From the NCBI GenBank assembly GCA_907165135.1, contig OU015568.1, positions 12,710,001 to 12,774,000 on the forward strand: 64,000 nt of DNA, read 5' to 3'. A program made the translations under genes and the position numbers. Under the pieces are notes generated by a model. It was not told the origin of the DNA. It did no database searches and was given only the letters and a program-made list of their open reading frames with translations. Below, one piece after another: positions 34,141-45,928 of this stretch. The stretch's first letter is position 1. Every line of letters begins with the position of its first letter. This DNA comes from Oikopleura dioica. Its lineage: Eukaryota; Animalia; Chordata.

Positions 34141-34807
34141 ATGGCTAAAGTTTTGATCGTTGGTTCTAACCGTGGCATTGGGCTCGAACTCGTTCGACAA
34201 TTTGCTGCTCGCGGTGACTCTGTTTGGGCGACTTGTCGAAAAGCATCTGATAGTCTAAAAGAAGTCAAGAATGTCACTGTTATTGAGAACATTGACGTCG
34301 GCAAGGTAAAATGGTAAAGACCTAAACCGCGTATTATAATTTTTTAGGATGAAGCTGTTGAACTGATCAAAAACAACTCCACGTTTCCCGAAGCATTCGA
34401 TATTGTCGTCGCCAACGCTGGCGTCCTAAACCGAGAGTCGTTTGACGATCTCCCTGGCTCCGAAGGAATACTCAACCAATTCAACGTCAACGCCATCGGT
34501 CCGCTCCGCGTTGCGAAGGGTGTTGAAGGAAGACTCAAAGCTGGATCTAAATTCAATGTCATCACTTCGAGAATGGGATCAATCGCTGATAACGGTTCTG
34601 GAGGCATGTATGGCTACAGAATGTCCAAAGCAGCATTGAACGCAGCGGCTACATCGCTAAAGCATGACTTCAAAAAAGTCGATGTTTCGGTTGGAATCAT
34701 TCACCCGGGATACGTCAGAACGGGTAAATGACATCCCTGGGTATTTTGAGCTAAAAGTTTGTTAAGACATGACTGGCAACAACGGTTTGATCAATGCTGA
34801 CGAGAGT
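34141..34807 (+). CDS. C-factor/csgA-like short-chain dehydrogenase, apparently 3'-truncated
   Basis: VLIVGSNRGIGLELVRQF, DIVVANAGV, SRMGSIADNGSGGMYGYRMSKAALNAA, IIHPGYVRT|DMTGNNGLINADES; the typical final helix and ...PW terminus are absent. Two introns. Confidence 0.8.
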
Positions 34808-37800
34808 AGTTATAGTAGTGACTGATGTTCTGGCGTTTTCTCTGACGCTCATTGGCTGTTGAAAATGAAGCACTGTTCCCTGGCACTCACGGCCCGAGGC
34901 GACGCGATGGCCAACTTTTGCTCTTCAGATCGAAATGAACTCATGGTATGATGACCCAAAAGGGATCAAGGTCAAAAAGGGTTGAAGGTCAAAATAAGGG
35001 TTGAGCTAACTTTGTTTCTTAGTCTGTTAAAACTGATAATTTTAAGTTGGTCGAATAATTTATTTCTGTTTATTCCTTATTTGGTAAGTTAGCAGAGTGT
35101 TTATGGTTTGTAGCGGTGAGGGTAAAGTTCTTGACCACTGTAGATGGGTGGGAGGTTAGTTATAACTATAAAGACAACAGCGGCAAAAGTAGCGGACATA
35201 AGTAAGCAAAAGCAGCATCCAAGTATCATACTTTCGAGAACAACTTTGATAAGGCTGGTAGCCATTTTTCTCGTTGGTTTTTAACTTTGCAATTTTGATA
35301 CTCGAAAAAAAAATTTTTGCATCTTAAATGTCAGCGCGCAGGTGCGGTACAACTGGTACGCCGTCTGCAATTAATACAATCTGCCGATGTTATCGTCCTA
35401 GGGTCAAACAAACTATTTTTAGTAAAATTGGGCTAAAATTCATTTTTAGTAAAACGAAGAAACTGATCTGATGGCTTGGAGCGAGTGGCGCCGGTGGACC
35501 AGTGCTCGAAGCTGCGGATTAACCTTTACGATGGGCTCACGTGAGCGCGCTTCTAGAAGATTCGATCGACTTCCGGCTTACGTAAGTTATACACCGCGAC
35601 TTGGTTTTCTTTCAATCTTTTCAAGGTATGAAAAAAGGTTAAATTGTAAAAAAGGGTTGAAAATCATTTTAGTGCTAATTCGATTTTTCCATCCTAAATT
35701 GGTTTTATATTTATGTTCAACTCATTTTAATAAGATATTTACATATTCAACTAATCATGTTTTAGGTTTATGGTTCTTCAACTTGACGCCGCCGACTCCA
35801 ATGAATCTAAGTTTTTCTCCGTCCCTTCACCTGAGAGCTACAAAGGTACCTCAACCTAAAAATCATAATTCTCTTTTCCCTAAATCTTTCAAATATTAAC
35901 TTGTAAAAAAAGGGTTTGATACGCACTAATGCGCTCTACCAAAACTAATCGCAGATGCAGTAGCTAATAGTAAATTTAGATCAACCTCATACTTCAATTC
36001 AACCTCAACCAACTTCATCCCATGCTGCCAAAGATCGTCTAGATGAATCACAATTTTTGTCGTCTGAGCAAACTGTATCTCCTACGCCATAATACTGTTT
36101 AGCACTTAAAATCAACTCAAAAATAAAACAAAAAAGGGATGCTAAAATGAAACTGTGTTGCAAGATTGGATATCACACATTTCGTAGAAAATTAATCAAT
36201 TTATTTCTCTCTCATTTTAACATAAAACACAACTAAATAAAACAAAAATTCATGAAATGTAGACGTTCTCATCGTTGTCTTCAAGATGATAAAATATATG
36301 AAATGCTTCCAAGCGCAGGGCAAGTTCATCCATAACTCTATCAAATTCTAGCGGATTCTGCATTTTGCGTATTTTACAACTGTCGAATAAACAAGAGTCA
36401 GGAGATTACAGGCTTTTTATAGCATTTTACTGTATTTATTTTCAATAGCAGTGGAAAGGGAATTTTGTTCCATCAAATGACTATCGATAGTTTTGTTTCA
36501 TTTTCAAATACTCTAACTTTTGTGTGCCTATCGCTGTTCTCGTCTCATTTTAAAAAGTTTATTAAAAAGCCATCAATTTTGTAATATACCTTCATTCTTT
36601 CTCTGAAATCATTTCATCTTTTTGTGATAAAACTCGTGTTCCATCATATTTTATACGCTTTACGAAAGCGCCACCACATATTGATATATTGATGGCTAAT
36701 GTCCCAGTTTTGATTTTCCGGAAGTTGCGTGAAGAAAGTGTCGATTATAGGGTCAAACCCATAGAAAGACGAAAGTTCAAACGAGCGTCTCAACTCGATT
36801 GATCTTTAGGCCCCCTTTAAGTTTGATCATATATGAAATCAACAAAAATGAATCTCTCAATAAAGTTGTAAATAAAAGTCTCTGCGTCGACATATATTCG
36901 AGTGTGGTGGAGCATTGATTCTAGTTGCGAGTAAATGATGGCGCGTTTCTCAACTCGCTAAAAAGCAAGATCTCAATCGAAGAAATCACTTTGTACGGGT
37001 ACAAAGCCAACGATATACACAGTACTCAGAAATGAGTTTTATTTTTGGCTTTGTGCTTTAATCCGAAATCGAGGAATGAAAACTGATCTTGATCGAAGGA
37101 GCGCAGAGATTGCTTTATTAATTCGGTATGAAAGTTACGGTGCGGAAAAAATTGACGAAGAAACGATTGACGATCACTCAAGCTGAGCAGCTTGGGGTAC
37201 AAAGTCTTTTCATTTGATAGGCATTTCTGTGTTTAGTGTTCAGTGTATCTTTTACCAATAGTTTTATTCTACATTCTTACCGACGTAACAACGTTAATGG
37301 GAATCTGTCAGATAGGGCTTTTGATCCATTTTGTCAGTTTGACAATTGGAGGACTGATTTTTGTATCTGTTGAAATTTCGATCTTTTTCCTATTTTGCTG
37401 GTCTTGCTACCAGTGAAATGCTTGAATGAACTTTTGATTAACACTAAATGTTTAGTTTCAATTTTCTTTTAGTAAGTTTACAACAATGCTCTCGTCTATT
37501 TCGTGTTAAATGTTAAATGTCAAAATGAGTAACTTTGGTCTATTACAGACAAAATGAAAAAACCTGTTTTTATTTAGAGAAATTTATATGAAAAAGAACT
37601 ATATGAAAGATGGTGATGAAAAATATAAATGTAAATCATCTTTTCTTTTCTCGCCCTTTTTACTTGTGCGCAGTTTTTTAAACCTGTAGACTAGCAACGT
37701 CTCCTCCTTGATTTTCTACAAGTTTTTTCTGTACTGATTATTCGAAAAATAAACTTCAAATATTCTAGAACGCCTTGTTATTTCTCAGCAAAGTCTATAT

Positions 37801-37876
37801 AAAGGGCTGAAAATTGCATTCGAATCAGTTTTTGTTTGACACGCAAACTAACAAGAGCAAAAAACGGCATTTCACG

Positions 37877-38954
37877 ATGGCAAGGAAGGCTACCAAAAAG
37901 GTAAGAATTTTGTGCATTTATTTTTGGACATGGTATCGTTATTACAGTCAACGGCTACGGTCAAGCGATGTGGCAACGCTGGTCGTGTTGAAAAGCCCCG
38001 TGCCGACAATGACCAAACTTTTCTGGAATCTCCAGATGCTCTCCCGAGAATGGTCGATGAGAGTGACGTTCCTCGTCGCTTCCGTCGACATCTCGACTTC
38101 GATGCTCCAGTTGGAGATGTTGGCGCTGATGAAACTATCCTCGTTTCGGGCAACGTTGAAGGCGACGAAACCCTGGTCGACATGGACGAGTGTCTCGACG
38201 AGGATGCTATTCTACGAACCCAAGTTCTTCTCAACGACGTTGAACAAGAGGAGCGCGAAACTCGAGACGAGTTTGAAGCTGGGGTTTTTGCCAACCGACA
38301 GCGCGAAGGCAACTTCCTCGAAGAATCCCGCTTCCACCGACCTGGTGACAATCCTGAGCGGGATCATTTCTACCATCGCATTGACGATCTTTCTTCTTTG
38401 TCTGTCGCTGGCTCTGAGCACGGTGATCCCGAATTGGCGAAGCGAAAAGCCGCCCATGTTGATGTAACCTATGGGGTCTTTACAAAAGATCCTGAAAAGA
38501 CCAACACCGAAGTCCTTCGCTACAAGGACTGGAAAAACGACGTGGCGACTCCATGGCTCTTCGCTCCCATTAGTAACCGTATGGGACGAACTACTTACGG
38601 TTATATGCACTACGACAGTTGCAGTAAGTTTTATTTTTCAAATTTTCAATTAAATATTCTTGACTAAAAATCTTTCTAGTCAATCGAGTGCCCGACAAAC
38701 TCACTCGAGCCGTCAACATCTTGGAACAGGTTTTGGCGAACAGAAACAAAGAGTTGGCTGCACTCATCGCCGAGCTCGAGTTCGAGGAAACCGCCATTTT
38801 TCTCGAGACCAGCGAGTTTGTCTTCAACCTCAAGAATGGCGAGTATGGACACGCTCAAGTTTCTGCTTCGCCCCTCCGAGTCACTGGACGACGACCAGAT
38901 GATTTGCCTGCTCTGTTCAAGGTCAAGAAAACTGGTGCTCAAGCTTTTAGGTGA
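37877..38954 (+). CDS. Orphan hypothetical protein (3 exons)
   Basis: MARKATKK|..., short GT-AG introns, long open frames. No recognisable domain. Confidence 0.6.
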
Positions 38955-39483
38955 AGAAACACCATCTTTTTCATCTAACAAGCTGTAAAAAATAATTGCT
39001 TGTCAAATAAGAACTTTTTGTATTCTAGAAATAAAAAAATTTTTTTACAAAATTTGAACTTTTGTGTCTACGTGTCATTATTTGTAAATCGTGATTAATC
39101 GCATCTTGCTAGTTGAAATCTCGAAATGAAAATTGTCGACGAGCAGGTTGAGTGTTAAGTCTAGAAGTAGCGGCGGCGCACGCGTGCGTCTGGAAATCGG
39201 AAAAATCGTGTTTCGAGATTTTGAAAATCTTCTCCTGTCGCTCGCTTATTCTCCCATCTCGCATTTTTCGAAGCCGGCGTTTTTTAATTTCGTAAAGAGA
39301 AAGTTGCCGATTGTTAGAAAAATTGCTGATCGTAAGAGAAAGTCGCGGCTTTTGAGAGAAATTCCGCTGATCGGGATCCTTTTATTTTCTGATTATCTGT
39401 TTTTCATTTCTCAGCACCCTGTAAATCGAGTGTTTACGGTAGTTAACGGGGATTCATTTTTCAGATAATCAAGTATAAAGGGC

Positions 39484-41180
39484 ATGTTTCTGATGGATCC
39501 GCCGAACGCTCGTTCCCAGCAACAACTATCGGCTCGGTCAGATTCTCGGCCTTCAACCCCTCGTCACCAGCGCCATCACCGAAATTCTGGTGGCAGCCGA
39601 CGAGCGGATAGCCCAACCACTTCACTTCGATCTCTACCAGTCTGGCGAGAGGAGATTGTCAACGCTCCTGACGAGTTCCAATTTGTTCGTCCGCGAACTC
39701 CACGGTAATCGATTTTCAAAAACCCGTATTTACAGAGATTATTAGAGAATCGATGCCCTTACATCCGTCCTTCACCAGAATGACGTCCACCGCTGCTTCT
39801 CACGAGGAGCATGCCGCTCAAACTTCCGAGGTGCTTGGCGCGGAACTTGCCACCGGCGGAGCAACTACAACAACTGCTGCTCCAGGCTCGACGCTGCCTG
39901 AAACAACTCATTTCGAGTCTCCGTTGAGCCCTGTTTCTCAACGCTTGTTGACCGAAAAACCGACTTCTCTTGCCCCTCCTCAGCCCGTCAACGTAGCAGG
40001 TGGAGCTGTCCTTTCTATGCCCACCACTACGGCGCGGATTCCAGCGCCGACTCGAGCTCCAACCACCACCACCACCGAAATCGTAAGTAAATTTCGATTT
40101 CTTTCAATTTTTAATCGATTTTGTAGAAAACGATGTTTGGTTGTACCCCGCGTTTTGATATTGGATGCTTGGCTGTGGCCTGTGCGACTGCTGCAATCGC
40201 TGCTGTAGCGATATACATCCTTATTGCTGCTAGTCGCGCTTGCTTGCCGTCGACCTATGGCATCGGCTGGCCTGGAAATAATCCTCGGTAAGTGCTCTTT
40301 CAAAGAAGGACAGTTTAAAATGGGTTTTATAGAAATGGCGCTCAAACACCACCCGTAATCCAAGAGCCAGAGGATGAGCTTCTTCGCATACGGCGATCGT
40401 ATTTGGTCGACGACCGACGAGTGCGCCGATCTTTGACCGACGAGTGCAAGGAAGTCGGCAACATCTGCGACTGCCAGTGTGCGTTCGCCGTTGACAACGG
40501 CCGATGGAGCATCTCCCTCTCTCAATCGCCTCCTTCGCTCAATGGCAACGATGTTTCCGAAGCAGAAGAAGGCGCCAACATGGATGACGCTAGCTCTACC
40601 TCCGCTCCCTCCACCACGTCGACCGTCTCTACCAAATGGGCCACCAACAGCGACTTTACGAGCATCTCCAAGCAACCAGGTAAACTTTTAAATTTAAAAA
40701 TTTGATTAATTTGCCAGGATTTCAAGGGCTTCTGGACGCTAATCGTCGCATCGAAGAGGACTTTGGCGACGCTGGCTTCCATGAGCCGCGATCGAGCCCC
40801 TTTGACATGGTTGACGAGTTAGCCGAGATGGTCGACGAGCTCGTCCTTGACGGCGACGATGCTGACACCGGGGTGATTGAAGCGGCCAACGAGCAAGACG
40901 AGCCAGTTGACGTCGCTGGCGACGAGGCCACAGTTGGCCCGACTGCAGCTCTCGTTGAAGCCTCCGCCGATGGCGTCGAAGCTTCCGCCGATGGTGTTGA
41001 AGCCTCCGTCGTTGAATACGTCGACGACAACGAAGACGCATCCGAAGAAGGCTCTGGAGAGAACAACTTGCGCTCGGACCCTTCCACTCGACAAGGTCCG
41101 AATTTCAAACTTATTTTTGTGATTCTAATCTTGTTTTATATCTAGCTACTGAGCCTGCCGCCACCATTGTTACTCTTTGA
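39484..41180 (+). CDS. Orphan membrane protein (Thr/Pro-rich region, one TM, RVRR site, acidic region)
   Basis: TM LAVACATAAIAAVAIYILIAA, RRVRRS, CDCQC, short repeat (VEASADG) x2-3. Confidence 0.55.
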
Positions 41181-41518
41181 GTAACTTCTCAAACCATCCA
41201 AGTTCCTGACTAGTATTTCCTGTCGCCACCAAATTTGCTTCATTTAATTTTTGCTGCTTATCAGCCACTTATAATCATTTATCCCTTTTGACGTTTACTG
41301 ACCTAAATTTCTCGTTTGCTCCATTTCACGTGCCCTTATCCTCCACAAGTTCCCAAATGATCTAACTTTATACTGACTGAAAAAATGATCTAGCTTTTTC
41401 TTCCTTTTTCAAACGTCCTTTTTAATCTCACTTTTTTGACCGACAAACGATTACGGCTTTAAACTTGTCAATGAAGCTCACCTTATCTTTAAGATAAAAA
41501 CATTTTAACATTTTTAGG

Positions 41519-41973
41519 ATGTCATGGAGTAGCGACGATTATCGAGTATCGGGCACTGAGCAAGAGGAAACACTCTTAGCTCAACGTCAAGAGCAGCAAC
41601 GACAACAGGTGTTGACGAGCGCTCTCGATGTTCATCATTTCAAGCTGGTAAGTGCTAAATGTCACAGAAACAGTCATTCACATCAAATCAGTTTGGCAAA
41701 ACGACATTTCTTCCCGTCAAATTCTCCAAAAAGGTTTTCAACTATCGAAAGCTCATGCTAAACGATTGGCTGCGAAAACAGATCATCTTCACAATCGCTA
41801 ATTACAAGGTAATCTTTGCTTTTTGTATATGGATTTTAACATAAATGTAGGAAGAGAATCTTGATCTTCCGTTGGAAATGCAGGGGCTTGCTCAAATGTG
41901 CGATTGTGAGTTTCGATTCTGGCGCGTCGAGAGTTGGATCTATTTCAATCAGTTCTACAATTCGCCAACGTAA
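41519..41973 (+). CDS. Orphan small protein (3 exons)
   Basis: MSWSSDDYRV..., GT-AG introns of ~40 nt. Confidence 0.45.
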
Positions 41974-42109
41974 ATTTGCTTGTTAATTTGTACGCTTACT
42001 TATCACGCATTTATGTTTCATCCTTTGTTAATCCATCCGCTTGTAATTAAATGCATAGTATCTGTACTTATTTGTCAATTTGTTTTATCAATAGACGTCG
42101 TAGCGGAGT

Positions 42110-43096
42110 ATGGATCGATTGTTGAAGGCTAAGACCCCAAGGCCGGATACGCCAATTTTCCGTTCCAAAAAACGGTTCGCGGATGCCATGGAAATGGCTA
42201 CTCAATCTCCTATCGCCATCAAATTGATGCAAAAGGCGGCAAAACAAGGGGAAAAGTAGGTGCTTTCGCATCAAAACAAAAATAACAATTATTTCCGTTT
42301 GCAGTCTCCTGGGCAAGGTGATTGGATCGAAGCGAAAGGCCACGCGCGGCGCTCCATTGCAAACAGTGCCACAATGCTCCCCTATCTTTGAGTACCGAGG
42401 TAAGCGACAAATCAACTTTATGTCGATTAAAATCTTGTTTCCTAGCCGGAAAACGCAAGCGGACGTCGTCTGGTCGAAAATCGCCAAGCTCTGCTTCGCC
42501 TCGTCTTTCGCCCGAGAAGAAAAAGAAACGAGGACTCATCAAACGTGCCCAAAGACGCGCTACTCTTTATGGGAAAACGGCGCTTCAAATTGCTCACGGT
42601 AAATTATGAAAACGGCGAAAATATGAATAACCGGTTTGTTTAGCGGTCCGAAAAAATCCGCCAAGGCTGACGACTTCGTTGCTGTGCGGTTATTACACCG
42701 CAGAATTCAAGCTCACTCCTACAAAATATGCGGCAATTGAGCAGGCGGTGAAAGAGCAATCGCCGCTCAAGAAAAAACAGATTCGTCAAAAAACCCCGTC
42801 GCCAAAGAAACAGAAAGCTCTGGCCATTCTTGGCATCGATGAAAAGCCAACTGCCACTGCTGCTCCCGCTGACGATTATCCGAAAGTCGTTGCAAACGAA
42901 GGGTTGCTCTTCCCCTTTCAATACTTCAATCCGGCTCATAACGGTTTGTCTTTTTACAAATTTCAATTTAACAGCTAATGTAGAAGGAACTGCAATGATG
43001 CACGCCGTCCCAGCGGAACATGTTTTCAAGCCCGGCCCGGACATTCGCTATGCACAAATGATTGACGAGCTCAAGGAAAACTTTGGCGAGAAATGA
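42110..43096 (+). CDS. Orphan basic protein with NLS-like segments
   Basis: Multi-exon frame including GKRKRTSSGRKSPS and PEKKKKRG. Confidence 0.5.
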
Positions 43097-43210
43097 TTTT
43101 CTCGCCATTTATTTACTGTCCAGTTATCGCTCACTTAGTGCACATTTATTACTGTACATTTTGAGCTTGATGTGTCGCACTGACCAGTGTCCAAAAATAA
43201 CAATTTCAGG

Positions 43211-45834
43211 ATGTTCACGTATCCCAAATATCGTGGATATCGGTCTTTGCCGCCGTCCAACGGTGCGGACACGAAATCTCGCAGCAAGAGTGGCTCTGAC
43301 GATGTCGCCGATGAAAACGCAAATCCCGCCAACAAGGTAAAATAGAGACGGTGTTTGTTTTTCTTATATAACTCATTTAGTCTTTGGATGCAGGTTCCAC
43401 GGCTGCAATTGCCAATCCCAAGTCAAAGCCAAAACGCACCCTCCAGGAGTACATCAATCCTGTCTCTCCTCCGCCTCTTTCGCCACTGTCCGACATAGGA
43501 AGGTGCAAAAAATGATAATGAAGTTTAACGTTATCAAGATCATTTTTGCCCCCTTAAGAATCCAAAGTGTCGAGCGAATTCAAATCTTCCGGTCGACCTG
43601 GCTTTGACGATTTGCCGTTGGTAATCAGGGCATCTCCTCGCGGTCGTGGCCGACGTCGACGCCGTGTTACTCCTGAAGCCATCCGCGCGCTTTTGGTTGG
43701 CAAATCGTCCCAGGAACGATCTGAGAAGCCGCAGCGAGAGAAGTCACCTTCGGCGTCACGATCTATCATTGTGACGAAAGCGCCCACTGTTGCTGGAGTT
43801 AACGAGGAGCGAACTCGCCGCGAATTGTCGCCAACCTCTGAGCACTATTTTGGCGATATGCTCGATGATGCGGTGCTTGGAGTCGGACCATGTATTTCCA
43901 TGGGTCACGTTTGGTCCAAAGAAGAGCAAGAGGAAGCTCGCCGCATCCGCCTTGAAGAAGAAGCGCAAAAAGAACGCGCCAAGAAAAACAAAGAGCGAGC
44001 TCAAAGTGCTCGCGAAAAGGCAAAACAGCTACGAGAGACGGTCAATGAAGAGCCGACCGCTGTTAAAGATCTGGAAGAAGGCCTTGGCCAAATGCATTTT
44101 CCGCGGCCAACGGTAAATGTTCCAAAAAACCCAGTTCCCACCCCAAGCGCGCACGTCGTTGTTGGTGGGCGACGCGCTCCATTCGAGCTGAACTGGACAG
44201 AAGATTGCGACGCCGCCGGCACCATCAATAACAAGCCCAAACGATGGAATTTGACGCTCAAGGACCTCCAGCGCATCTTCTCGACTTCGGTGGATACTTG
44301 CGATGGAATCCCAGCGTCACTTGCCGATACTCGACTTGGCTGGTATCTTCAGCAACTCGCCAAGATTGCCAAGACCACCGACAAGGCGACAGAACAACGC
44401 AAGCAACTCCGTCATCTGCTTGCAAACGACAATAGCGACGGCCCTCGATTTAACTCTGCTTACCCGCCGTATGGTATTCTAGAGACGCCACGCAAACCGT
44501 GGAAAACTTTGGGCAGTTTCTATCCTGTCTTCGCTCAGGACCTCTTTGGGCGTTACATTATCCAAAAGCTCTTCATCTGGGCGTTTTTTGGCGATGATGA
44601 TTGGCGCCTGGTCAACATCAACGAACATGAGCTTATTGGACATGTCGGCAAGCTTGTCGATGTGATGAATGCTCTTGGCGCCAAAACGGTCTTCCCCTGG
44701 CCCTCGACGGATACGACCTCGTTCGCGACGTACAAGGCGATGTTTCTGCTTGCGGCGGGTTTCATTCCGACAACTGCTAAACAGCCATACGCTCTAGAAG
44801 CGTCAATGGCCAACGAGAAGGTACTATTTTATGAAAAACCCCATTTTTATAAAATTTAGACCTTCAAAGTCCTCTGCATGGGTGATGAAATCAAGCAGCC
44901 TCCGTGCGCAAAGCAACTACGCGCTATTGAACGATCGCTTGAGCTCCGGATCTGGCGATCAATTCCGGACTGCATGTCGGCTGTCTACCATCTCGAGGCA
45001 AAGAAACGGCACTCTACAGATTCCAAGGAAGAGCATTGGATCCTGACCTTTGCTGAGCTTCAAGAGCGCCTTAATCGCTCAATCGGGGTCAATACGTCTT
45101 ATCGCCGAAAGAATTTGACAAAAGCGCAAATCGGCGAAATGGCGCTTATTCGCGCAATGGATGCCGTCTACGACGCCCTTCCACCCCTCTTCACCAAGTT
45201 CAAATTTGGGGTTACCGATGAATTGGTGGCGATGTTTTTGTTCGGCAATGCCACTTTGCCACCCACCGAGGATCTCAATTTCCTCAATTTGGTATGTACA
45301 AATAATAACGCACAAAAAATAACGTTTAATTTTAAGTTTGGCGTTGCAGATCCAATCGTCGCTGGCCTTGCCGATTTCCACTTGCGCGAGGAGAACCAAT
45401 GTGAGGATCACGTTGGTGCAGTCAAATTCGCCATCAAAAAACGTGAGAAGGTCTTGGACGACCTGTTCCAAAACATGATCGATTTTGACGTTTTTGAAAT
45501 GAAAGAAAACGATGCCCTTGACAACAAGACCAGCGACGCAGGGCCAGGTCGAAATTCGTCTTTCTCTTCGGAATTAGAACACCGTCGCGATCTCGCGGTT
45601 ATCGAGCCATTTTCGACCTCGACCTCCTCTCCCGCAACCCAGACCCGAACCAAAAAGAAGACCAAGAAGAAGGTCAAGAACGTCGAAAAAAGCGCGGCTC
45701 GTTCTTCCTTTGGAGCTTCGCAGTTCGACGATGCACTTGACACAGTCAGCGAGGGTTCCTTCCCAGTCACCGACCCCTTCAAGGAAGCCGTCATTTCTTT
45801 GGTCAGCAGCAGCAGCTCTTCTGACGAAGAATAA
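43211..45834 (+). CDS. Large orphan protein (about 800 aa)
   Basis: Long ORFs 43567-44859 and 44878-45834 joined by short introns. No recognisable domain. Confidence 0.65.
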
Positions 45835-45928
45835 GAAAAATTTCTGTTTTATGACGTAAACTTGTTCAAGTTTTTTCCATAAAAAGAAATTTCAAATTGA
45901 ATATTATTTTTAAATCTTAAGATAATCG

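Noticed and set aside
35471-35899. 142-aa ORF with a GTAAGT donor in the non-coding block
   Set aside because: The 3' half is intron-like and low-complexity; no consistent gene model could be built.
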